64,000 nucleotides of DNA from NCBI GenBank assembly GCA_030645735.1, contig JAUSNP010000004.1:10739-74738 (forward strand), read 5' to 3'. Shown in pieces: positions 21,201-30,800 of the stretch. This DNA comes from Candidatus Moraniibacteriota bacterium. GTDB taxonomy: Bacteria; Patescibacteriota; Minisyncoccia; Moranbacterales; UBA2206. Each line of letters opens with the position of its first letter. Position 1 is the first letter of the stretch. Position numbers and translations under genes: made by a program. Under the pieces are notes generated by a model. It was not told the DNA's origin. It was given only the letters and a program-made list of their open reading frames with translations, and made no database searches.

Positions 21201-24200
21201 CTTTGTGAATCACTCGAATTTACTAAGAATCCCCAAGCATCCGTTCCTCCACTTTTTACATTCAGTTTCGCCCCCGGATTCGTCGTTCCTATGCCGACGT
21301 TGCCGTTTATATTATCTACCGCAAAGACCGTACCGGAGTTATCATATTTTTTGATGTAGCTAACACCATTAGTTTCAAGATGCGTTATTAATGTTGCTTG
21401 TCTATATAAATCCAGTCCCCCATATCCAGAACCGCTACTCGTATCCAATATCCTTGCATATGAGTAACTAGCATCACCAACGGAAAATTTAGCCAAAGGA
21501 TTCGTCGTCCCGATGCCGACGTTGCCGTTATTTGCTATTCTCATCCGTTCTACCTCTGAAGTATTTCCAGTACTAAAAGTGATTGGATAGGTTCCTCCTG
21601 CACCATATCCTCCAATCGCCCTTAATGTCAATCCATAAAATGATTCTATTCTGGAAGTAGGTCCACCTTTTATGCTGATATATTGATCTCCACTTTGAGT
21701 AGCTGATACCCTAATTCCACTGTCGCTAACCAGGTGCAGACTTGTACTTGGACTCACCGTCCCGATGCCGACGTTGCCGTTAGCTAAGACGTTTATGCCA
21801 GAACCAGCGGTGGCACCATAAAAACTTCCAATATTTATATAATTAGATGCGCTTCCGTCAGAAACATGATTATATGCAACACCACCCCTATTATTAGCCG
21901 ACGCTTCTTTACCAAGTACCATATAAGCATTTCCTCCATTGGAGATATTTGGCGTTAAGCCCTGCATGATTCCAATGGACCCTGCTGAAGTAACATTATT
22001 AGTTGCTATCATTATTGTATTAGCCCCTGAAAAAGAACCGGCCACGGATAAAGGGGATCCCGGACTCGTCGTTCCAATGCCGACGTTGCCTTCTGGAGTA
22101 ATCCGCATCTTTTCAGATGAACCTGGAGCAAAAATTTGGCCTACAGAAGAATACAAAAACGAACCTGCACTAGTAATATTGATTGACCCAGCTCTTGTGC
22201 CATCGCCCCAAGCTATTTTTTGAGATGCATATCCCGTAGAACCAACAGAACCTATTTGTAATGAAGATACTGGTGCCGTCGTCCCAATGCCGACGTTGCC
22301 ATTAGATGCCTTGATAAGCATGTTATTTATAACGGAAGAACCATTCCAACTTTTCCAACTATAATCAGCTGCTGCTGAATAAAAATTGTCAAAATAAACT
22401 TTTGTTCCGTTGGTCCATTCGAAAAACTGACTCGTGTCCGAAAAACGCAAATTACCATTGACTTCTAATTTTTGGTTTGGTGCCGTCGTCCCAATGCCGA
22501 CGTTGCCACCGGAAATAATCCTCATCGCTTCGGTTGTGCCCGGTGAAAAAATTATAGCACCCGTTGTTAGTGTATTAAGCGTGAAATTCGCTCCATTGGA
22601 TTGCGTCAAAATTCCATTAGCTCTTATATTTGTATCGGACCAGACCGAACCAGAACTGCGAATGTTACCTGTAACTTGCAATGGGTACCCCGGACTCACC
22701 GTCCCCACCCCCACATTCCCTGTTGTTGCATCCACAAAAAGTTTTCCTGAGTTAACATTCAAGTTGCCAGCCAAATCTAGGCTACCTGTTCCATACACAT
22801 TTCCATCCACATGCAATCGGTAACCATTCGCATCATTAGACCCAATCGCCACATCCCCCGTCTCTCGGTAAATATTCCCGCCTGATTCTCCCCACCAATT
22901 GGCGTTGACTGAGCCAGGAGTTAGATAGGCTCCATTAGTTGCGTCATAGAAATTGGTAGCTCTGACCGTGCCAGCTACTTCCAACTTAGTGGTCGGAGTG
23001 ATGCCAATACCCACATTGCCAGCAAGATTGTAAGCTACATCCGAACCAGTCTTGGTCCAGAAGTTTTCACCCAATTTTAATCCGTTCCAATAGACATCTC
23101 CAGCTACATTGTAAAGCTTGTCGACAGTGTCAACTGGCGCGGTGGTTTGGCGCAAATGCACGCGACCGTTGATGTCGAGAGTTTCGGTGGGAGTGTTAGT
23201 CCCCATTCCAATGTTGCCAGTTTCGCGATAGATATTGCCTGCGGTTTCTCCCCAGTAGTTAGTTGAGACACTATCAGAAGTTAGATAGATGCCACCCGGC
23301 AACATAAAGGCATCCGCTTTGACGGTGCCAGTCACTTGCAGTTTGGTGCTCGGACTATTGGTGCCAATACCTAGACGTTTGTCAGTGTTGTTCCAAAACA
23401 GTTCTGAGTCAGAGGCAAATGTGCCGTTGTCATTCCATTGCAATTGCCCCGTGGTGCCACCTGGGATGATTTTGGCTGTCCAACTCAAATTGCCATTGCC
23501 GTCAGTGGCAATGAGTTGATCCGCGCTACCATCACTAGTTGGCAGCGTGTAGGCGCCAGCAATGAGAATCGTCTCAACATGCAAGGTGCCTTGCACTTCG
23601 GCGTCGTTGGAAATCACTAAATCGCCAGTCTGAGTTAGACCGTGTTTGGAATTGTTGTTGCCAATGAAAATAGGTGAAGCGCCGATTAGACGATGGGCGT
23701 AGATGGTGTTCCAGCTTTTGCTAGAGTTACCAAGATTGTAGGAGAGATTATCATTAGGAATAATATCCTTGGTAGTGGTGGTACCTTCTACTGTTAAATC
23801 GCCTTCACTCCCTGAGAGAGTTAGGGCGCCACTGATTTCTCCGCCATCACTGGAAACTTTGCCATTGATAGATTCGGTTAGATTTTTGGAAGTGTCAGTG
23901 ATAGATTGGGTAAGCGTTTCTTTGCTGGAAGCAATAGTTTTGGACAGATCTGTTCTGGTTGAATCCAAAGCGCCAGAGAGATTGTCAGAAGTTTTGTTGA
24001 TGGCGCTTTTAGCTAGATTGAAAAAGGAACTGTTAGCTTGCAGTTGTTCACCCGAAAGTTTTGTCAGAGCAATCCTGCCTTGACTCACCGTGAACATACC
24101 ATCAGCCACTGCGTCCGTGATTGGATAGAAAGCTTGCGGGTAGGTGAAGACGGAAAATAGCAAGAGGAAAATGAAAATGAAGAAAGTGGCGTAGAGACTT

Positions 24201-24610
24201 TTTCTCGTTAGTTGTTTGACTGTTTGCTGATAAGTGCCTCGACCGATTTGATAGAGCCGGATGACATAGGTGATGAGTCCGATGGCCAGGGTGATCACTG
24301 CTACATACGCAGCCAGAAAAAAATATGTTTCTAAGGAAAAGAAGTTGCGAAAAATAGTGAAGAAATTTAGCAATGGCGCCCAAGCATTTGGAAAAAAGAC
24401 GATAAACAGAATGAGGATAGCGAGGGAGAGTTTGAAAGCCAGCTTCAAGAAAAAGCCATGTTTTACGAGAGCTTCATACAGAATGTGATCTTTGCGGTTT
24501 TTAATGTATAGCCAGAGAGCAAAGGAGATAAGTAGAATAAAGGGTGAAACAGCAATGGTGCTGGTGATCAGATTAGCCAGTGATTCATATTGAGAAAGGA
24601 ATTTGAGCAA
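18281..24610 (-). CDS. Giant surface protein 2 (2109 aa). It has an N-terminal multi-TM anchor, about 15 GNVGIGTT(S/A/N)P beta-helical repeats, and ends in the conserved C-terminal module.
   Basis: A long ORF. Its N-terminal module (GEISGALTLSGSEGDLTVEGTTTTKDIIPNDNLSYNLGNSSKSWNTIYAHRLIG...) is homologous to that of giant protein 1. It carries repeated DNA 24-mers cgtcgtcccgatgccgacgttgcc. The C-terminal roughly 330 aa is shared with the other two giant proteins. Confidence 0.8.
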   Translation of the reverse strand: MLKFLSQYESLANLITSTIAVSPFILLISFALWLYIKNRKDHILYEALVKHGFFLKLAFKLSLAILILFIVFFPNAWAPLLNFFTIFRNFFSLETYFFLAAYVAVITLAIGLITYVIRLYQIGRGTYQQTVKQLTRKSLYATFFIFIFLLLFSVFTYPQAFYPITDAVADGMFTVSQGRIALTKLSGEQLQANSSFFNLAKSAINKTSDNLSGALDSTRTDLSKTIASSKETLTQSITDTSKNLTESINGKVSSDGGEISGALTLSGSEGDLTVEGTTTTKDIIPNDNLSYNLGNSSKSWNTIYAHRLIGASPIFIGNNNSKHGLTQTGDLVISNDAEVQGTLHVETILIAGAYTLPTSDGSADQLIATDGNGNLSWTAKIIPGGTTGQLQWNDNGTFASDSELFWNNTDKRLGIGTNSPSTKLQVTGTVKADAFMLPGGIYLTSDSVSTNYWGETAGNIYRETGNIGMGTNTPTETLDINGRVHLRQTTAPVDTVDKLYNVAGDVYWNGLKLGENFWTKTGSDVAYNLAGNVGIGITPTTKLEVAGTVRATNFYDATNGAYLTPGSVNANWWGESGGNIYRETGDVAIGSNDANGYRLHVDGNVYGTGSLDLAGNLNVNSGKLFVDATTGNVGVGTVSPGYPLQVTGNIRSSGSVWSDTNIRANGILTQSNGANFTLNTLTTGAIIFSPGTTEAMRIISGGNVGIGTTAPNQKLEVNGNLRFSDTSQFFEWTNGTKVYFDNFYSAAADYSWKSWNGSSVINNMLIKASNGNVGIGTTAPVSSLQIGSVGSTGYASQKIAWGDGTRAGSINITSAGSFLYSSVGQIFAPGSSEKMRITPEGNVGIGTTSPGSPLSVAGSFSGANTIMIATNNVTSAGSIGIMQGLTPNISNGGNAYMVLGKEASANNRGGVAYNHVSDGSASNYINIGSFYGATAGSGINVLANGNVGIGTVSPSTSLHLVSDSGIRVSATQSGDQYISIKGGPTSRIESFYGLTLRAIGGYGAGGTYPITFSTGNTSEVERMRIANNGNVGIGTTNPLAKFSVGDASYSYARILDTSSGSGYGGLDLYRQATLITHLETNGVSYIKKYDNSGTVFAVDNINGNVGIGTTNPGAKLNVKSGGTDAWGFLVNSSDSQRLAGIYEESDTRATFAFYNATDSQTIRLDTGGNSYFNGGNVGIGTTAPGSKLHIAGGDFQIGPVGGSQIYLRGITGGDLSFNRNPSTGVISNASAFSYQLHRTESTTAESDYLGWQVYNPAGAGVTTSALVINGNGNVGIGTTSPVSQFQIDGVSAGIRLRRNAGNEPFILLTNTTETSGGQIRGLDGAYGLRFTDPFSAEYMRINSSGNVGIGTSAPGAKLDVNGTTLTSKLSSWGSTYTSGGNYLFTNSFGGATIEQTPPMNDYIGNQLMFADAKGFAITSSGSISSVSSAFRQGDTYATITNTTLPIVVEVTGSIPSDTDVGSQRVFLQAHGNISGHLLVEIKKFDDTWVTLADEDISIASKAYWFSQPVTNVAPYPAAWAIKGVRYSITSLTEATTYIRQLGWYKKNGFIYPFLSEYNPSAYGNLTFNQTGNHDITASSGTLRLGTHTLLGAVTGNAQSITGLGQLTVDNLRIDGNTIDATSGAITISPTAGSNLNIGLSGAGDFAVNTNQLYVDTSAGNVGIGTTSPTYNLHVVGNAFVSTVMNQNQLSVGAIGGLSGVRAYVLTASDTVKGLVIRANSATQSANLQEWQDSVGNVLSVVDKNGNIGIGTVTPTAKLDVVGQAIASDGFIQKTNAGACTDALFTTDTDGQICLDSTAGVERMYFRTGGAWSYIAKTGGFQIPNYEVAPLNQLSQSTLKGVTPNELTHFQNYLTQQITPGELLIPYADSTLQDGAIHGLYARFADVKNQMFQEEKTQIENLNLQVTGNITTVAELKNSINTQLGSIEKSLSEITNNQDTITKQISNINTQITNDEIRIATLENLATTLQAQITTLQSQIATPVNIAQIDANTQSIDYLNQLLGITPTSKVGDITIVGKLTSQITETGLLTIAVNDKTAATIGEAIIKAGDTSVKVDTTAISADSKVFVTSEKPVEIGVNTIQKGASFKIEIGKVLLEDLQINWWIVDKK

Positions 24611-24825
24611 AGCGAAGATGCAAAAACCACAAAGACCAGAAAACGGCTTGTGTGTAGATTGTATTTTTCAAAAACATTGCCTCCGTTAGCTTGCATGAGT
24701 TTTTGTTTTTTATAGCCAATATCTGGCAATGTATGATTGCTCAGAAAAGGCTTTTATCTGATTGAATTATACCACAAAAATGGGTATGCAGGGGGGTGTG
24801 GATAACTTTGTGAGGGGGGAGTGAA

Positions 24826-24856
24826 AAAAGCGATTGCCTTATAGCAATCGCTTTTT
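24826..24856 (-). terminator. Intrinsic terminator downstream of giant gene 3
   Basis: aaaaaagcgattgc-cttata-gcaatcgcttttt gives a perfect 9-bp stem. Confidence 0.6.
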
Positions 24857-24874
24857 ATATCCTAAGTTGTGAGG

Positions 24875-27800
24875 TTATTTAGAATCAACCAACCACCAGT
24901 TGAATTTCAGATCTTCAACCGAAGGAATTTTAATTTTCACGATAAAGCCCTCTCCGGCATTTATCTTTGTAACGGCCAACGGTTGATCAGTGACTATCAT
25001 TGAAGTCACAAAAACCTTGCTATCCCCACTCACCGCTTTCGTGTTGACTGTCACCGAAGTATCCCCAGCCTTGATAGTGGCTTCTCCGATAGTAGCCTTG
25101 TCTTTGTTTTTTGGATCGACGGTGATGATGATGGAGCCAGTCTCAGTGATTTGCGAGGTCAATTTACCAACAATTGTAATGTCGCCAGCCTTGCTAGTGT
25201 CTGTGATGCCTAGGAGTTGGTTCAAATAATCTATGGATTGGGTGTTGGCATCAATCTGGGCGATGTTGACCGGTGTAGCAATTTGGGATTGCAAGGTGGT
25301 GATTTGTTGTTGAAGAGTTTCTGTTATTGTCTGTAGAGACGCAATATTTTGCGTCTGTGCGTTGATTTGATCATTGATATTTGAAATTTGTTTGGTGCTT
25401 GTATCTTGGTTATTGGTTATTTCGCTTAGACTTTTTTCAATCGAACCAAATTGGGTGTTAACAGAATTTTTTAGTTCTGCCACTGTGGTGATGTTGCCCG
25501 TGACTTGCAGATTTAGATTTTCAATCTGCGATATTTGCTCTTGGAACATCTGATCTTTCACATCGGCAAATCTGGCATAGAGTCCATGGATAGCTCCGTC
25601 TTGAAGAGTGGAGTCAGCGTATGGGATGAGGAGTTCTCCAGGAGTGATTTGTTGAGTTAGATAGTTTTGGAAATGAGTGAGTTCATTGGGAGTGACACCT
25701 TTGAGGGTGTTTTTAGAAAGTTGGTTAAGTGGGGCGACTTCGTAGTTGGGAATTTGGAAACCTCCAGTCTTAGCAATATAGCTCCAAGTGCCTCCAGTTC
25801 TAAAGTAGAGTCTTTCAGTGCCTAGGGTTGTATCAAGACAAGTGAGGCCGTCAGTAGCTGTGGTGAAAGTTAAATCAGTACAAGCGCCGGCGTTGGTTTT
25901 TTGGATGAAGCCGTCGGAGGAGGTGGTTTGGCCGACAACATCCAGCTTGGCAGTTGGATTGCTTGTACCAATCCCAATATTTCCAGCGGATGTTATTCTC
26001 ATTTGCTCTGCAACAACAGTGCTACCAGTTCTAAAAACTAAATCAGTTGGAACACTATCAGCAACTACAGTTCCATTTACTATTGCAAAAATAGTAGCTC
26101 TCTGCGTATAGGCTGTTCCATATCCAAAAAAACCTACAGAACCAATATAGTCTCCATTAGCTAAAGTAGATGGTGACAATATTGTCCCCCTTGATTTTCT
26201 TAGATTTAAAAGTGCAGAATGTACGCTTGAAGCATGTTGTGACGAAGTTATACCTCTGTCTGCACTAACAGTGTCAGAAGATGTTACATGTAATTCTCCA
26301 ACTGGAGAATTAGTACCAATACCAACATATCCAGTCGTACTATTAACAATAAAATTGTGTGAGTTAGTCCCTCTGCTTACCAAAAAACCTTTGTTTGCTG
26401 GGATATAAAATCCTGCATACGCTCCCTCCAATGTAAAAGAATCATTAATTCCTACTTGAAAATCTGCATTTTCTGTCCATGCTGTTGGTTTAAATCTTAG
26501 CGCTGGATAAGTTGAAGAAAGTTTTATATTACCAAGTATGTCTAATTTTTCAGCAGGGACAGTTACACCCATTCCTATTCTCCCATTACTTGTTATTCTC
26601 ATACCCTCGACTGGTGTACCCGCACTATAAGAATTTAGCAATAATGAAGATGTATTATCTGCCCCAACTCTTAACGCCTGAATTGAACCAACAGCATTCG
26701 CTACACCAGCACTATCTTTAATTTGGAAAGTGAGAGAAGAGCCAAATCCATCAACCATATCACCTGACGTAGTGTGTCTTACAAACAAAGCTGAAGCTAC
26801 GGAATTTGTAATAGCAGTTGCCCTTTCTAGCGTAATTATTTCAGAAGCACCACTAATTACATGTAACTTGCTTTCAGGAGCAGTCGTGCCGATGCCGACG
26901 TTGCCAGTTGGTTTAATTGTCATAGCAGTAATCTCGGCAGTATTAGAAGAGACTCTAAATTGCATGTTTGCTGGATTATAAAAAGTAGAACCAGCAGTGC
27001 CATCTTGTTGAACAATAATTCTAGCAGCTTGACCAAAAGTATTAACAGAAGTAACTCCGCCAAATTGAAAAATACCTAAATAATCTCCATCTTGTGTTGT
27101 AACCATAGAACCAGCTGTTGTTCCACGTGTTTTTAACCAACTTCCATAGGAAGCATTACCATCATTACCAAATTTTGTAATTTGAAATTGGTCTCCTAAA
27201 CCACTACCAGCTACTTCTAGTTTATATGCGGGCGCCGTCGTCCCGATGCCGACATATCCGTTTGTTCTTAGTAAAGTCATTACCGTGGATTTTAAAGCAC
27301 CTGCGTCCGTTCGACTGACAAATTCTAAATTTGTGCCAACATCGCTACCAGATTCTGCTACACTATTTGCTCTGATTATCCACCTAGAAAGTCCCCCTGA
27401 AGAAAACATCAAATCACGTGACTGTCCCGCTGCCGAATTAATCATAGCTGATACATATCCACCGTTACCATCTACCTGCAGTAAAGATGTGGGCGTTGCT
27501 GTTCCAATACCAACACTACCATTGAATGCCACTATGTCAGTTGAAAAATCTCCATAAATCAAAGGCGAGGCAGTGTTAGAGTTGTCGATATATAATTTGT
27601 TTGAACCAGTTTCGCTGTAGCCAGACTTATATCCAATAAATATATTGCCTGAACCAAGTACTGAATATCCAGCTTGGTAGCCAACTCCTGTATTATAGTT
27701 GCCAATGATGTTGGAGTAGAGAGTATCCACACCATTAGCAGTATTGAAGGAGCCTGTGGTATTAGAAAAAAGAGTATGCCTACCATTGGCAGTATTATAG

Positions 27801-30800
27801 GAACCTGTGGTATTGACATAGAGAGCATTCATACCATTGGCGGTGTTTTGAAGCCCCGTAGTGTTAGTATAGAGTGCTTGTCCACCATTGGCAGTATTTT
27901 CTTGGCCCGTAGTATTGAATCGGAGAGCTCTATATCCATTAGCTGTATTTACGCCACCCGTAGTATTAGAGTTTCCAGCCTGATAACCCGTGAAAGTATT
28001 CCAATTTCCCGTATTAACATTCCCTGCTTGATAGCCAAGAAAGGTTGAAAATCTTGCATCATCAAAATTAATCAGTCCACTAACTTGCAAGCTATTATTT
28101 GGCGTTGTAGTTCCAATGCCGATGTTGCCTGTTGCATTTACTACCGTTAATAAAGCTGTGCCGCTTGAATTACTAACAATTATATTTCCACCTAACTCTG
28201 GTGCAAATAAAAAATTATTGCTGTTGTCGATTCCAAAATACCCCTGACGAGCCGTATTATTATAAAATTCGATATAATTCCAACCGCCCGTGGTCTTACG
28301 CAATCTAATAGGATTATCAGTTGTGCTCGAAATTTCTAATTTTGCCCCTGGCGTCGTTGTCCCGATGCCAACATTTCCACTGCTTGCTTGAATATACATA
28401 CGATCAGTGGCACCGGCGTTGAATCGCATATTTATTGAATTAGCCGAGCCCATACTTAGTGTGCCGCTAGTGCTATTTCCATCATGCGTAAAAAGCGCAG
28501 CCCCGCCAAGACGGACATATTGATTCTGAGCTAGATTTAAATCGCCACCGCCAATGTCCAACTTGTATGCTGGATTCGTCGTTCCAATTCCAACATTGCC
28601 TCGCAAAATTGTTTCCACGACAGAGGCGTTGCCCAGCACTACTTGATTGCTAGCGGTGGTATAGGCGCCATTGCCCAGTGCCATGGAATTTGTAGCATCA
28701 ACTTTTTGCGAAGCATTGTTGCCAGCACTATTTCCCAAAAATGTATTGTATGTCCCAGTTGTAATTGAAAATCCAGATTGATAGCCCATAGCCGAATTGT
28801 TATCAGCAATAGTATTGCGCAAAGAATATGGACCAATTGCTACATTTGAAGAACCCAAGACATTCATTCTAAGCGCTTCTGAACCAACTGCTACATTATA
28901 TGCTCCAGAAGTATTGGCATACAGAGTATATGAACCAATTGCTGTATTCATCATCCCCGTGTTATTTGGCCCAAGAACATAAACTCCCAAAGCAGTATTA
29001 TAATTGCCAGTATTATTGACACTCGCTCCAGCGCCTATCAATGTTGAGTTCTTCGCACTATCAAAATTAATCAATCCTGCCACCTGCAAAAGATTATTTG
29101 GCGTAGTCGTGCCAATACCCAAGCTTCCATTGACGGCCAAAATATTGGTTGAAAAATCTCCATAAATCAAAGGCGTGGCCGTGTTGGAATTGTCGATATA
29201 CAATTTGTCTGATCCAGTTTCGCTGTAACCAGCTTGGTAACCAAGAAAGATGTTGCCAGAGCCAAGCGCTGAATATCCAGCTTGATAACCAAAGCCAATA
29301 TTATTGCTGTTGGTACTAATGTTCCTAAGAGTTTCCTGGCCTATGGCATAATTATTAGAACCAGTCGTGTTTGAAATAAGCGCATACAAGCCAATAGCGA
29401 TATTACTGTTTCCAGAAGTATTTGAATAAAGAGCCATATTGCCCATGGCGGAATTATATGATCCAGTAGTGTTAGAATACAATGCCAGTGGCCCAAAGGC
29501 AGAATTATATGAGCCAGTAGTATTAGAAAAAAGGGCGCTATTTCCCAAAGCTGAATTATAAAATCCAGCAATGTTTGCACGAAGCGCTTGGTTTCCTAGA
29601 GCTGAATTATAACCACCTGTAGTGTTTGAAAAGAGAGCTAGATAGCCAATTCCCGTGTTATCATTATTCGTCAAATCATCCACTTTTCCAGCATCTTCAC
29701 CGAAATAGGTTGACCGTCCTAGCCCAGTTTGTGAAACCCGTCCGTTAATGGTTAGTTTTGCTCCAGCAGTTGAAGCGCCGCTAATTCCTACTGTGCCATT
29801 TATGGTCAGTGCATCGGTTGAAAAATCTCCATAAATCAAAGGCAACGCTGTATTGGAATTGTCGATATACAATTTGTTTGAACCAAGTTCATTATAGCCA
29901 GCGTTATAGCCAACAAAAATATTGCCCGAACCAACAGAATTTTGAAATCCTGCCCCATTGCCAACACCAACGTTGCTATTTCCAGTAGTATTGCCCCGCA
30001 AAGCATCTACGCCGACAGCCGAGTTATAGCTACCCGTCGTATTGGAATAAATAGCATACACTCCGAAAGCAGAGTTGTATCCACCAGCAGTATTATATCT
30101 GAGAGCTCTCATCCCAAACGCAGAATTACTCCAGCCATCAATGTTATACATCATGGACTGATAACCTACAGCTACATTATTTTGACCAGCAGTATTGCGA
30201 TTAAGAGTTTGATATCCGACTGCAATATTATTTGAAGCTGTATTACTATAAAGAGTACCTGTTCCAATGGCAATGTTATAACCACCTGTGTTAGAATATA
30301 GCGCCTGATATCCCACAGCTATATTGTCTTGACCCGTGGTATTTAACGCCCCAGCCTGATAGCCCACAAAGGAGTTATGAATTCCAGCATTCGCATTCCC
30401 CGCTTGATAACCAAGGCTTGTGGAATATAGGGAGTTATTAAAATTTATAAGTCCCGCTACTTGAAGAAAATTATTTGGCGATGAAGTTCCAATGCCAAGA
30501 TTACCAGCAAAATATCCATTACCGCTAGCATCGAGCTTGAATTTATTGACGCTATTAACATTGAAATCCAAGAAGTCGCCACTGAATGAGCCAGAGCCGT
30601 TGGCGAAATTCATATTGATACCATCTCCAGAAAAAGCGGAGGTTGTCTGAGATAAACTCAAAGCATTTCCGGTTGTTACTCCACTCTGATATAAATATAT
30701 CCCGCTTGAACCTGATGCAACAGTCGATAACTCAAGCGCGGTATTGCTTATATTTTGATTTATTGTAAGGGCTGCGCCTTGTGCATTGTTTGTAAAAACT

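Noticed and set aside
19350-28400. Repeated 24-mers (cgtcgtcccgatgccgacgttgcc) that superficially resemble a CRISPR array
   Set aside because: The spacing is irregular (200-950 bp). The repeats sit in-frame inside long ORFs and encode the GNVGIGTT peptide repeat. There are no cas genes.
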